Of a stretch of DNA of 64,000 nt, positions 30,725 through 43,785 are shown piece by piece. The notes under the pieces were generated by a model, which was not told the DNA's origin, did not search any database, and saw only the letters and a list, made by a program, of their open reading frames with translations. Numbering within the stretch: position 1 is the stretch's first letter; every line of letters begins with the position of its first letter. Source of the DNA: Candidatus Hydrogenedentota bacterium (lineage in GTDB: Bacteria; Hydrogenedentota; Hydrogenedentia; Hydrogenedentales; SLHB01). The position numbers and the translations under genes are program-made. Where the stretch lies: NCBI GenBank assembly GCA_963745075.1, contig CAVUWV010000001.1, positions 96,001 through 160,000 on the forward strand, given 5' to 3'.

Positions 30725-32309
30725 ATGGCGAAGATTTCCCGGCGTCAATTTGTGGCCGATACAGCGGCGCTCACCCTTGCCGCTTCGGCGAATCCGTCCC
30801 TCGCGGCGGCGGGTGAATCCGTGAAGCCAGGAAAGCACATCGAAGGGACCGAACGTCCTGTTTATTCTGGCCGATCAGCATCGCATGGATTGCCTCGGCG
30901 CGTACGGAAACAACCAGGTACGCACGCCGCATATCGACGCCTTCGCCGCGGAGGGCACGCGCTACACCAACAGTTTCTGCGCCTATCCCGTGTGCACGCC
31001 GTCCCGCTACTCCATCTTTTCCGGGCGCTACGTGCACGAACATCGCGGCTGGACCAACCATTGCACCCTGCCGCCGGGTATGGCGACCTGGCCGGAACTC
31101 CTGCAGGACGCCGGATACCGCACCGCATGTGCGGGCAAGATGCACTTTGCGCCCACCTACCTTGACGTTGGATTCGCCGAGATGTATCTGTCCGAGCAGA
31201 ACGGCCCCGGGCGGTGGGACGACGATTATCACCGCATACTGAGGGACCGCGACCTCATCGACGCCAACGATCTCGAAGATCAGGAACGGGAGTTTCGTGA
31301 CCAGGCGCGGAGGATCTATTGGGATAACTTCGGTGCGCTGGCCTCGAATCTGCCGGAGAAGGAGCACTCGACGACTTACACCGGCGACCGAGGCGTGGAG
31401 GCGCTGGAGCAATGGACCGGCAGCGGCAACCTGTTTGTCGCGAGCTTCATCAAGCCCCACCATCCCTTCGATCCGCCGAAGGTGTGGGCCGACCGCTATA
31501 ACCCCGATGAACTCGATATCCTGCCCGGCTGGATCGACGCCTGCATGGATCACGATCTCGAATTGAACCCGGGGTATTTCCACCACGATACGCTTTCGCC
31601 GCCGGCCTTGCAGCAGGTTATGGCCCACTACTACGCCGCCATCGAGCATATCGATCATCAGGTGGGCCGCATGGTCGAGGTGCTCAAACGCAAAGGCCTG
31701 TACGACGACACGCTCATCATCTACACGAGCGACCATGGCGAATACATGGGGTATCACCACTTGCTGCTGAAAGGCGGCTACATGTACGACGCCCTGTCCA
31801 AGGTTCCGTTGATCGTGCGTCGTCCCGGTCCGTCAAACGGCGGCGGCGTCTCCGAGCGCCTCGTGTCGAACGTGGATCTCGCGCCGACGATTCTGGCGCA
31901 GTGCGGACTCGCTCCCGCGGAAGGGATGAGCGGACTCGATTTGAACGCGGACGCCACACGCGACGTGGTGTGCTCCGAAAGCCACGGCGGTGCGCAAGTC
32001 ATGGCGCGCACGAAGACGCGCAAATTGCTCCGTCACGACAAATTGAATCGGGCATTCTTGTACGATCTGGAAAAGGATCCCCACGAAACGGTCAATTGTT
32101 TCGAGGATCCCGCGTATCGGGACAACGTCTACATGTTGCAGGACGCGCTTACAAAATGGCGGCCCGACCCACTTCCCGAGACGTATCTCAACCAGGACGC
32201 GCCGCAGATTGACCAACCCAACGTACCCCCGGACCTGAGTCACCGCGACGCCATGATGGCTTACACCCGAGAAAAGATGGCCGAGTTCAACGCCGCGCAC
32301 AAAACCTGA
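30725..32309 (+). CDS. Tat-exported sulfatase (S1 family), split by a +1 frameshift at ~30825-30848
   Basis: RBS GAGGAGG plus MAKISRRQFV in one frame. PNVLFILADQHR, CTPSR, GKMH, SFIKPHHP and SDHGE in the next frame. Confidence 0.85.
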
Positions 32310-32389
32310 CCAATTCCAGCAGTCAGTTGCTGCTGTCCTCGGTGTCTCGGTTGTCCCTGCTTGTCCGTGCAGGTCCGTGTAAGTCCGCC

Positions 32390-33505
32390 CTACGGCACCG
32401 TCGAAAACCGGTACACCGTAATCTGGCTGTATTCCTCGCCCGGCCGCAGAATCGCCGAGGGGAAGTTCGGGTGATTCGGCGAATCCGGGAACCGTTGCGC
32501 TTCCAGGCAGAAGCCGCTGTTCTTCGGATACTTCACGCCGTTTTTCCCTTCAAACGATGCATTGAGGAAGTTCCCCGTGTAGAACTGCAAGCCCGGTTCT
32601 GTCGTTAGCACTTCCATCACCCGGCCGCTCTTCGCGTCCGTTGCACGCGCCGCCAATTCGAGCCAGCCGGTCGTTTTGTTTAATACATAGTTCAGGTCAT
32701 AGCCTCCCGGCACATCGCCGAACGTATCTTCGATCGGATGGGCCGTCGTAAAGTCGAAAGGCGTTCCGAGGACCGGCGCGAGTTCACCGGTCGGAATCAA
32801 CGTCTCGTCGACCGGCGTGTAGCGGCTCGCATTGATCATCATTTGCGTATCGAGAATGCTGCCGCCATCGTGGCCCGACAAATTGAAATAGCTGTGGTGG
32901 GTGAGATTGACCGGTGTGGCCTTGTCGGTCGTGGCTTGATAGGCGATCTTCAATTCGTTGTCATTCGTCAACGTGTAGGTCACCGCGCACGAGAGATTGC
33001 CGGGGTACCCTTCCTCCCCGTCTTTGCTCAAGTAGGTGAACCGGATGCTCGGCCCTTCGCTTGTGGCGAACGGAACACCCTTCCAGAGCACTTTGTCGAA
33101 TCCGACCGTTCCGCCGTGAAGATGATTCGGCCCGTCATTGGTCGCAAGCGAGTATTCGGCGCCATCGATGGAGAATTTCCCCTTTGCGATGCGGTTGGCG
33201 TAGCGCCCCGCGATGCAGCCGAAGTAGGTATTGTGGTCGCGATAGCCGTCCAGCGTGTCGCAGCCCAGCACGATGTCGGCGAAGCTCCCGTCGCGGTCCG
33301 GGGTTTGCAGGGAGACCAGCGTCGCCCCCAATTCGATGAGCGTCGCCTTGAGACCGTTTGCGTTGGTCAACGAGAATGCCGTGACCACCGAGCCGTCCGG
33401 CATTTGACCGAAGGGTCGTTCGCTGATCTGCACTTTTGCCTGCGCCTGCGCCATTTCCACCCCTCCCAACAAAAGTATCATCACCACGGAACACCATCGC
33501 GCCAT
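32390..33505 (-). CDS. galM: Aldose 1-epimerase (galactose mutarotase)
   Basis: GRYANRI, NHLHGG, EEGYPG, NLTHHSYFNL, QFYTGN, FCLEAQ; possible short signal peptide. Confidence 0.93.
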   Translation of the reverse strand: MARWCSVVMILLLGGVEMAQAQAKVQISERPFGQMPDGSVVTAFSLTNANGLKATLIELGATLVSLQTPDRDGSFADIVLGCDTLDGYRDHNTYFGCIAGRYANRIAKGKFSIDGAEYSLATNDGPNHLHGGTVGFDKVLWKGVPFATSEGPSIRFTYLSKDGEEGYPGNLSCAVTYTLTNDNELKIAYQATTDKATPVNLTHHSYFNLSGHDGGSILDTQMMINASRYTPVDETLIPTGELAPVLGTPFDFTTAHPIEDTFGDVPGGYDLNYVLNKTTGWLELAARATDAKSGRVMEVLTTEPGLQFYTGNFLNASFEGKNGVKYPKNSGFCLEAQRFPDSPNHPNFPSAILRPGEEYSQITVYRFSTVP

Positions 33506-33585
33506 GACTGCTTCCCTCCACTTTGCATCACCCGATTCAACGTGGGTAGACTAAGCGTTCGCCCGTACGTAGAAGCACCAATCTA

Positions 33586-33741
33586 GTGAACAGTTGCCTG
33601 AATATCAAACTGGGCAGGTTCCGCGAATTCCACGTCATCGGCGCGGTGATTCTCGCTGGAGTAATCGTCGGCGAACTCGTCAAGCGCTTGGTCGCTCGCC
33701 GCGCCCACTTCGAGGCGACTCGAAAACTTGGTGATACGTGA
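33586..33741 (+). CDS. Possible small single-TM protein (51 aa)
   Basis: Manual translation from GTG: MNSCLNIKLGRFREFHVIGAVILAGVIVGELVKRLVARRAHFEATRKLGDT. Hydrophobic core flanked by basic residues; no clear RBS. Confidence 0.3.
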   Translation: MNSCLNIKLGRFREFHVIGAVILAGVIVGELVKRLVARRAHFEATRKLGDT

Positions 33742-33886
33742 TCGTCCCACCCCCGATTCCGCCAGCCCGCGGTACGCACGTGCTTGCTTGCCGGAACACA
33801 TCGCTTTCGCACGATTCTCGCGAAGTGAAATCGCAGGCGCCCACGCACTACAATACAAGGAGTCTTAGCCTGCGAGGAAGTCACCC

Positions 33887-34282
33887 ATGGAACGAGACGA
33901 AGAAACTGCCCTATCCTCTGCCGGACCGGGTCAAACGTCATCCGTAAACGCGGCTACCATGATGGCCTGCGGTTCCTGCGGACGAGTCATCAGTGCCGGC
34001 GACGCGTTCTGTCGCTATTGCGGAAAGCCCCAGGGTCGCAAGAAGAAGGTCGCCTGGTACTACGAACCGGTCTGGATTCTGATCCTCGGGTTCGTCGTGG
34101 TCGGACCCTTGGTGTTACCCTTGGTGATTCTGTCCCCCAAGTTGAGCGTTCCCGTTAAGTGGGTGATATCTATTGCCTTGCTGGCGTACACGTTTGCGCT
34201 GGTGTATGTTGGCTGGGAGATGATCGTGTTAGTTTGGAATGCATACTCGCAGTTCAACGATCAAATGCGGGGGATCGGCTAA
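33887..34282 (+). CDS. Zinc-ribbon domain membrane protein
   Basis: CGSCG...FCRYCG followed by two or three hydrophobic helices; RBS GAGGA. Confidence 0.8.
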   Translation: MERDEETALSSAGPGQTSSVNAATMMACGSCGRVISAGDAFCRYCGKPQGRKKKVAWYYEPVWILILGFVVVGPLVLPLVILSPKLSVPVKWVISIALLAYTFALVYVGWEMIVLVWNAYSQFNDQMRGIG

Positions 34283-34285
34283 AAC

Positions 34286-36840
<2,555 letters not shown>

Positions 36841-37083
36841 GATGCTCTCCAATCCATGGGGTTAGCTGTTCGCGTGTCCGGTCGGGCTTGAGTTCTGCCG
36901 GCCAAGGGGACTCGTGCTTCCCCATTGCCTGCTGCATCGGATTGTGCCGCTGGGACAAACCCTGTTTTGCATGGTCGGCCGCTTCGGACCCAAACACTGA
37001 AGAGGATAGCACATTCGGACGTATCACTTCCTGCCCGGGGTCACTGGCAGCGTCGTGCAAAAGTCGGCAGTTTATGGGGAGCG

Positions 37084-38808
37084 TCAGTTCCTTTGCAGCA
37101 GGAACGCTCGCACCGCGCCATTCCGAGTGCCGAATCCCGTGATGTCGCCGGCGTTGTTGATCCCCCACGCCTCGTTAAGGACCCACCCCGACCCTGAAGG
37201 CAGCAGATCGTTCAAGTCCGTCATTACCGCGCCGCCGCCGTCGTCGTCCCACCCGAACGCATGCGTACCGGACGACGCTGTTTCCGAACGGCCCACCACT
37301 TGAGTGCTGTCGTTGATGGCATAGGCCAAGCTCGTGTTGCCACCGAGTGTTCCCAGGTCGATTGGTCCTCCACTGTCCCACAGCGCCGCATGGCGCGGCC
37401 CGTTGTTCGAGATTTCGACCTGACCGACCGCCTCACCTACTTCGTTAATATCATAGGCGACGGCAAATTTCCCGCCTGCGAATAGCCCGAGATTTTGCAT
37501 GCCGTTTGTGGAATCCCACACGAACGCATACTGTTTGTTACCCGGCGGCGGATCCGACGAGCCCACGACTTGTCCTGCGTCGTTGATACCGTACGCTGCC
37601 GAATTGTCCCCGCCCAATGTCCCCAAATCCTGCATGCCGTTCGTGGAATCCCACCTGAATGCGCGATTGTCACCATTGGCAAGATAGCTGAAACCGACCG
37701 CCGTTCCCGAGTCGTTGACCGCTTGCCCAATGGCGGCGCTGCCCCCGAGATTCCCTAGGTCCTGCATCCCGTTGGTCGCGTCCCAAATGAACGCCCGGAA
37801 ATCCTCACTGTATCCGTCCGGCTGTGTGTAGCCGACGATTTGCACCGGGTTCGCATCGTTGATTCCGTACCCGTAACTATGTTTGTCGATCGAGCCCAGA
37901 CTCAGCATGGCGTTCCCGCTCTCCCAGAGAAACGCGAGCCGCCAGTTTGTCGACACGAACGGATAGGAGTAGCCCGTAATTTGCGCGCTCTCGTTGATGG
38001 CGAACCCGTAGCTTTGAACGCCCCCCAATGTTCCAAGGCTTGCGATCGTCCACGTGTCCATCGTCGAGAAGAACGTGAAGTGCGTGGTGTCGAACTGCAG
38101 CAGCCGATCCGGTCCCCCCAGATACTGCACGTTGCTGATTCCCGCGTCCGTCCAACGGCCCTCGTCTTTATTGAAGGCGATCACGCGCACGGCGCTTGGA
38201 TCGGCCACTTCGTTCGACACGGGAACGGTCACCGTCACGGGGTGGACAAATGTGGTGCCTTCCGGGCCCAGTTCCACCAGCGGAACGGTGGATACTGGAA
38301 GTGGGGGCGTCATCGTGGCTTCGCCGATGGTGATCACGGCGTTTGCCGGCAAGGCACCGGCCGGGATGCTCACCGATGCGGTGTGCAGTGGGCTGGCCGG
38401 ATTGTTCGTCACAATCTCCGTGGGTATTCCCGGCTCTGCCAGTTGAGCGGTCGCGATGTCACCCACCGTTACCGTGAGCGCCAGCTCCGTCTTCCGCGAC
38501 TTGCCCTCTCCGTCGCGGACCGTGAGTGCAACGCGATAGTTTCCGGGAGGCGTTCCCACCGGGTACGTGTAACTCGGATTCTGTGCGCTTGACGTTCCGC
38601 CGTCGCCAAAGTCCCAGGAGTAGGCGAAGGGTCCGTTGGCGGTGTCGTTGCTGGTACCGGTAAACTGAACGCCCAACGGCGCCGGACCCCCGATGGGAAT
38701 TGCGGTAGCCGTGGGTTCCGGTAAATTTGTGGAACCCGACGGGCAACCCGTCACGTACAGTACGGACAGCACAAGGAGTCCAAGCAGAATACCGCCACGC
38801 GAAAGCAT
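37084..38808 (-). CDS. Lipoprotein with PKD domain, ZU5-like domain and HAF-type extracellular repeats
   Basis: Lipobox VTG|C after ATG 38808 (RBS GGGAGG). YSWDFGDG (PKD), ELGPEGTTFVHPVTVTVP...TTHFT (ZU5-like), repeated DLGTLGG..S.AY.IND..QVVG...HAF.W units. Confidence 0.85.
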   Translation of the reverse strand: MLSRGGILLGLLVLSVLYVTGCPSGSTNLPEPTATAIPIGGPAPLGVQFTGTSNDTANGPFAYSWDFGDGGTSSAQNPSYTYPVGTPPGNYRVALTVRDGEGKSRKTELALTVTVGDIATAQLAEPGIPTEIVTNNPASPLHTASVSIPAGALPANAVITIGEATMTPPLPVSTVPLVELGPEGTTFVHPVTVTVPVSNEVADPSAVRVIAFNKDEGRWTDAGISNVQYLGGPDRLLQFDTTHFTFFSTMDTWTIASLGTLGGVQSYGFAINESAQITGYSYPFVSTNWRLAFLWESGNAMLSLGSIDKHSYGYGINDANPVQIVGYTQPDGYSEDFRAFIWDATNGMQDLGNLGGSAAIGQAVNDSGTAVGFSYLANGDNRAFRWDSTNGMQDLGTLGGDNSAAYGINDAGQVVGSSDPPPGNKQYAFVWDSTNGMQNLGLFAGGKFAVAYDINEVGEAVGQVEISNNGPRHAALWDSGGPIDLGTLGGNTSLAYAINDSTQVVGRSETASSGTHAFGWDDDGGGAVMTDLNDLLPSGSGWVLNEAWGINNAGDITGFGTRNGAVRAFLLQRN

Positions 38809-39026
38809 AAGAACGCACCTCCCCAAGATACACCCCTCGCGAAACGTGACTGAAGACCCCCAAGATATAGACGCACCAAGCGGCAACCCGCCCAGATATC
38901 GTTACTATAATCTGGAATTTATGGATTGTCAAGATATTTGACGTCGGATCGTAGTCAATTGATTAGTGTAGGTGTTCGGTATCCAAACCATTGGGAATCA
39001 ATCAACAAGGACAATGGTGAGTTGAG

Positions 39027-40058
39027 CTACCGAACCACAACGGAAACTCGCGCCATCCGCATCATATTCAGCGGCCCGATGCCTTGGGTATTTCCAAAGC
39101 CCGATTGGGAGAAGAAGACCATCAGATCGTGATTCTTCGCTTCCACGAGCGACGAGTAGTGACAGCCCGGTCCGCGGTAGATAGAGATAGGCAGACCCCA
39201 CGTGTAGCCAGTTCCGTCGGGTGACAGAATGAGTTCCACATCGGGTCGTCCATAGCTCAGCGCGAGCACCCCATTGCTGAGGAGCAGCAAGGCGGGGTCC
39301 ACCCCGTGGTCCGCGACGACTTCAGGCGTGCTCCACGTTGCGCCGTCGTCTGTCGAGCGCGTCGTATAGAGCGGTCCGCCCGTACGCAAGGCACAGAAGA
39401 GGTCGCCATTCGCCAGGCGCACCAATGCGGGTTCGCAGTACCCTTCCCGGCCGATCTCCTCCGAATGCGCGATGAGCGAACGATAGGCCCACGTTTGCCC
39501 GCCGTCATCCGATGCAATCAACACCGACGAGTATTTCCTATTCCCTTCCTCATGACCGTAAATCGTCGCCAACAACGCGCCATTGGGCAACTCCACGATG
39601 CTGCGGTGGAAATGGGGCGACAGGACAAACGGGAGCGTCAACTTTCCCGTAACTTCCTCGTCCAGCGTGCGGCCGCCATTCGCGAAGAAGAGCGTTGCGA
39701 CGGGATACGTGCCGTCGTAGGAACGCTCCGGCCCCCAGCAGGACAACCCGACGGCCCTTCCGTCGCGCAGCAATGCGCCCATGCCGTTCACGGGCGTGTC
39801 CTCGGGGGGAATCCATGTCTCGCCGTTGTCCTCCGAAACCAGTCGCATGCCGCGCTCGTTGACCGTGTGCCGGCCGATGGAACAGTTGAACGAAAGAAAC
39901 CCGTCGGGACCGCGAAAGACCCAGGGAAAGTTCAGATGCTCCTGCGACTCATACACCGTCACGGTGCGTTGAATGGTGACCGCCGGTTCCCCGGCCGCGA
40001 GCCCACAGCATAACGCGAGTGCACATGCCGTCCACATTACGACCTCCAATTTTGTCAC
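39027..40058 (-). CDS. Secreted sialidase-like BNR/Asp-box beta-propeller protein
   Basis: Signal peptide; Asp boxes SEDNGETW, SDDGGQTW, STDDGATW, SPDGTGYTW. Confidence 0.82.
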   Translation of the reverse strand: MTKLEVVMWTACALALCCGLAAGEPAVTIQRTVTVYESQEHLNFPWVFRGPDGFLSFNCSIGRHTVNERGMRLVSEDNGETWIPPEDTPVNGMGALLRDGRAVGLSCWGPERSYDGTYPVATLFFANGGRTLDEEVTGKLTLPFVLSPHFHRSIVELPNGALLATIYGHEEGNRKYSSVLIASDDGGQTWAYRSLIAHSEEIGREGYCEPALVRLANGDLFCALRTGGPLYTTRSTDDGATWSTPEVVADHGVDPALLLLSNGVLALSYGRPDVELILSPDGTGYTWGLPISIYRGPGCHYSSLVEAKNHDLMVFFSQSGFGNTQGIGPLNMMRMARVSVVVR

Positions 40059-40071
40059 GCGTTACGACATC

Positions 40072-42402
40072 TCAGCGTTTGATAAACCCGTGGTACAACC
40101 CCAGGTAGTATGCGAGTAGATAGGGTGACGGTTCATCGAGCACCAGCCCCTTTCCACCCCCGTCCAGCCGCCAGACGTTTTCACTCCACGAGTTTGCCGC
40201 ACGCTCGTCGATGGGGAGCACGTAGCCGTTCGTCCGATACCCCGTATTCTTCGTCTTACCCGGTTCGCGCGTGTACGCGCCCAGCGGTACGATGTCGATT
40301 CGGTTGCTGTTGACCACCGGCCAGTCGATGAGGTCCATGGGATAGCGCTCGAGCGTCTCCACGCTGTCTTCGAGCCAGGGACCGGTGGGGGAGAGGTCCA
40401 GGTCCCCCCACTGCGTCTTGACGACCAAGCCGTCGCAGCATGCCGCATATACGAAGTTGAAGAAGGGATTCTGCTCCGGCTTCACGATTTGCCAGTAGTA
40501 ATAGATGGACGTGCCGAACATGCGCAGCAGCACTGGATCCTTCTCGTAACGAATCAGGTGATAGTAATTGAGAAATGCCATCTTGTCGTCAAACTGCACG
40601 AAGGATCCGGGTCCGGCTTGGAGTTTCGGCATCGTCATCGCGTTCATGGCGTATGCGTGCATGGTGATGAGGTGGTCGTAGGCCTCTTTGTACTTGGGAT
40701 CTTCCGTTACGTGATACGCGACCGACAAGTACGTCAGGATGCTCAACGAATTCAGGCCCCGCTCCGCCCACCAGTCCGGATCGTCGTTCAAATCGCGCGG
40801 ACTGAAATGCGCCCATCGCGTGGGTTGCCCATCGTGATCGACCAGCCGGAACTGGTGCACGAGCAGGTGATCCGTAACCCGGCGGACCACCTCGCGCACT
40901 CGTGCCTTCTCCTCCGGCGTTTCGGCCACGAGATCGTAGTAGGTGGCGTAGGCGAAGTAGTGCCCGTCCAGTTCATCCGAACTCGCGTCCGATTTCCAGT
41001 ACCACTCGCCGTCCTTGCTCAAGGGCCACCGGGGCACGATGACCTTCCACTTGGCGTCGTCCTTCTGCTTTTCCCGATCGTGTTCCACCGAATTGTGTTC
41101 GTTGGGGTCGGGGCCGTTCGCCGGGAGTATCGTGCGCGCAATGAACCCGGGAGGCGCTGGATGCTCGCCGCCTTGCGTCACCTCACTCAAAAACGCGAGG
41201 GCCTCGAAGGCGTCCGTCGCGCGTTTCTTGAATCGGGGATCCTTCGTCGCGGCGTACGCGAACGCTTCCGTGCCGCAATACATGCCGGTGTACTGCCCGT
41301 CGTTGTCCGTATCCCGGTTCTTCCAGGAACTGGTGTCGCCGGGTTTTGGTAGAAGCACTCCCGCGACGTAACCGTAGGGCGTCCGCCGGTGATATTTGTC
41401 GATGGCCGCCTCAAACTGCTCCGCTTTGTCCATAAGGGACATGGGCTCAAAGTAGATCTGACTGACCCCGCCGTCCGTGGCGAACCATGCGCTTCCATCC
41501 GGCGCCGCGATGACATCGCGAACATCATTCCCCGCCAGCCAGCGCCGGCCCGCGCGGTACGCCCAATGCTTTCCGTCGTATCGAATCGCTCCCTGGTGTG
41601 CGCCAAACCAGACGCCCCCGTCCGGCGCGACCGCCATGCACGTGAAGTCGTTGTAGGGAAGCCCTTCGGCCCCCGTGAACAGGTCCCAATGCCCGTCGAC
41701 CGTTTGATGTCCAACGCCCTGCGGCGATGCAAACCACAGTTGCCCGTCTTGGTCGAACGCGACGGCCCGCACGTCGACCGGCGCCCATCGCACCGCCCCG
41801 TTCTGCGGCAGAACGAATTGCCACGATCCATTCGCATCCCGGCCATACAATCCCGAACCGCCGGCCACCGCCATCGTGAACTTCCCTGAGCCGCCGATCG
41901 CGACGTCCCGCACGTCCGCATCGCCGTCCCCCGGCAAGGGCTCCTTCACCCAATCGCCATTCGCCAGTGCGTACAAACCCGAATCGGTAGCCAACCAGAC
42001 GGTCTCTCCGTCGACGGCGAGTGAACGTGGCGTGCCTGGTAACATTGGCGCAAGGGTTTGCGCCTCACCGGCCTCGACATCGAATAGCGCGTCCGTCGTC
42101 GCGGCGTACACGTGGTCGCCACTCGTTGCCAACGCGAGCACACCTGCCGCGGGAAGCCCGTCTACGCTTTTCCACGGCCGTTTCCCCTCCTGGACCAGTC
42201 CCGCGTCCGTGCCCGCCAGCAACGTGCCGTCCGGCAGCAACGCGACCGCGCGAAAACCGTCCGTTTCAGACCTCAACGCCGCGTCCCCGTGCATTTCCTG
42301 CGGGTATACACCCACCTCGACGCTCGGTGCAGACTCGGCCAACGCCACCCCAATCATCAGGGGCACGCAAAGAACTATCAAAACAGCCGTTGCCAGGGGC
42401 AT
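40072..42402 (-). CDS. Secreted protein: N-terminal two-component-regulator-type beta-propeller plus C-terminal helical domain of unknown function
   Basis: Signal peptide from MPLATAVL (42402; GTG 42411 also possible). Propeller blades (DQDGQLWFASPQGV, GLPYND, PDGGVWFG, PDGSAWFATDGGV). Helical C-terminus with DNDG, SSDE and FDDKMAF. Confidence 0.78.
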   Translation of the reverse strand: MPLATAVLIVLCVPLMIGVALAESAPSVEVGVYPQEMHGDAALRSETDGFRAVALLPDGTLLAGTDAGLVQEGKRPWKSVDGLPAAGVLALATSGDHVYAATTDALFDVEAGEAQTLAPMLPGTPRSLAVDGETVWLATDSGLYALANGDWVKEPLPGDGDADVRDVAIGGSGKFTMAVAGGSGLYGRDANGSWQFVLPQNGAVRWAPVDVRAVAFDQDGQLWFASPQGVGHQTVDGHWDLFTGAEGLPYNDFTCMAVAPDGGVWFGAHQGAIRYDGKHWAYRAGRRWLAGNDVRDVIAAPDGSAWFATDGGVSQIYFEPMSLMDKAEQFEAAIDKYHRRTPYGYVAGVLLPKPGDTSSWKNRDTDNDGQYTGMYCGTEAFAYAATKDPRFKKRATDAFEALAFLSEVTQGGEHPAPPGFIARTILPANGPDPNEHNSVEHDREKQKDDAKWKVIVPRWPLSKDGEWYWKSDASSDELDGHYFAYATYYDLVAETPEEKARVREVVRRVTDHLLVHQFRLVDHDGQPTRWAHFSPRDLNDDPDWWAERGLNSLSILTYLSVAYHVTEDPKYKEAYDHLITMHAYAMNAMTMPKLQAGPGSFVQFDDKMAFLNYYHLIRYEKDPVLLRMFGTSIYYYWQIVKPEQNPFFNFVYAACCDGLVVKTQWGDLDLSPTGPWLEDSVETLERYPMDLIDWPVVNSNRIDIVPLGAYTREPGKTKNTGYRTNGYVLPIDERAANSWSENVWRLDGGGKGLVLDEPSPYLLAYYLGLYHGFIKR

Positions 42403-42620
42403 CTTCTTCACAGCGGGATCCTTTCCAGCGGTAGGTTCAAAAGTCGGTCCTTCGACGATAGCCCGTCCGGCGCGGCTTGTCAACGATTGACGCCCAGTCG
42501 TGTCGTACGGAGCGCATCCCACTCTGAACGCGCTTACGCGAATGGCTCGCGGACGGCAAAGCATCAATTGCCAATCCAAAAAAGAGTACACTCGCTACAA
42601 AACACCGAAGGACGTAGCAT

Positions 42621-43610
42621 ATGGCGCTGACCTCCAGGGATAGACTTCTCGCCACACTTTCCATGGCCGGCCGTGTAGCCCCGCCCCGTTTCGAGAACGA
42701 GTTCTCCGACGGCGTCATCGAATTGTGGCGAAGCCAGGGCTTCCTCGATGAGCGGCCCGTAGAAGAGCGATTCGGCCTGGACCGGTGCGAAACCGTGCCC
42801 ATCGAGTGGGGTCGCCTGGACAATAATGCGGTCGTTCAAACTGAAGCCGGTCTCGAACCGTTCCTGCGCCAATATGACGCCTCAAGACCGACACGGTTCC
42901 CGGAAGACTGGGACCAACTTGTCGCATCCTGGCGCGCACGGGACTACGCCCTCCGTGCAGCACCCTGGAGCGAAGGACTGTTTCAGGTCATGGGCGTAAG
43001 CAACGGGGTCACATTCAATCGCGCGATGTTCGTTCTCCGTGAACAACCCCGGCTGGTCGAAGCGCTCATGGACCGCTACGCCGATTTCCTCGAAACGTTG
43101 ATCCCCCGCGTCCTCGCGACGGTACCGATCGACTACGCCCTCTTTTATGAACCCATCGCGTGGACGCGCGCGCCCGTGATTTCACCGGAGGACTACGCAC
43201 GTTTCGCACTGCCGGCGCTGCGCCGGGTCATCGCCGCGCTCGACACCTGCGGAGTCGAACACCGCATCCTGAGGGCCACGGGAGAAGTGCGGCCACTCAT
43301 CCCCCTGTGGCTCGACGCCGGCATCAATGGACTCATGATCAACCAGATCGCCGCCACCGGAATTCACTACCCCGCCCTGCGCCGCGAATTCGGACGCGAC
43401 CTGCGCCTTCTCGGCGGCATCGACTGGCGCGCCGTCGTCGAAGGTCCCGCCGCGATCGACCAAGCGCTGGACGAAGCAGTGCTACCCCTCCTGGACGAAG
43501 GCGGCTACATCCCCCATTTAGACGATACCGTCCGCGTCACCTGCCCCTTCGACCACTTCAACTACTACCGCGATCGCCTCAACAAACTGATCGCGGAAAT
43601 GGAGCAGTAA
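42621..43610 (+). CDS. Uroporphyrinogen decarboxylase / MtaA-CmuA-like TIM-barrel family protein
   Basis: EPIAW...PVISPEDY, PLIPLWLDAGIN, LRREFGRDLRLLGGID, GGYIPHLD pattern. Confidence 0.8.
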   Translation: MALTSRDRLLATLSMAGRVAPPRFENEFSDGVIELWRSQGFLDERPVEERFGLDRCETVPIEWGRLDNNAVVQTEAGLEPFLRQYDASRPTRFPEDWDQLVASWRARDYALRAAPWSEGLFQVMGVSNGVTFNRAMFVLREQPRLVEALMDRYADFLETLIPRVLATVPIDYALFYEPIAWTRAPVISPEDYARFALPALRRVIAALDTCGVEHRILRATGEVRPLIPLWLDAGINGLMINQIAATGIHYPALRREFGRDLRLLGGIDWRAVVEGPAAIDQALDEAVLPLLDEGGYIPHLDDTVRVTCPFDHFNYYRDRLNKLIAEMEQ

Positions 43611-43785
43611 AGCCTGGGAACACCATACCCAGGTCCGCGTGCCCCTCTACCTGTTCGTGCGAGCAATCTTCCAGAACCGAGAACTTGCGAACGGGTGGGG
43701 GAAGGACCCCCGTCGAAAGTTCAAGACGGAGAATCCCCCCGCGACCCGCCGATCAGGACTGAAAGTCCGAAACATGATAGCCCAG

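Noticed and set aside
37200..38040. DNA-level repeats within the lipoprotein gene
   Set aside because: Explained by protein HAF-type repeats; not an independent element.
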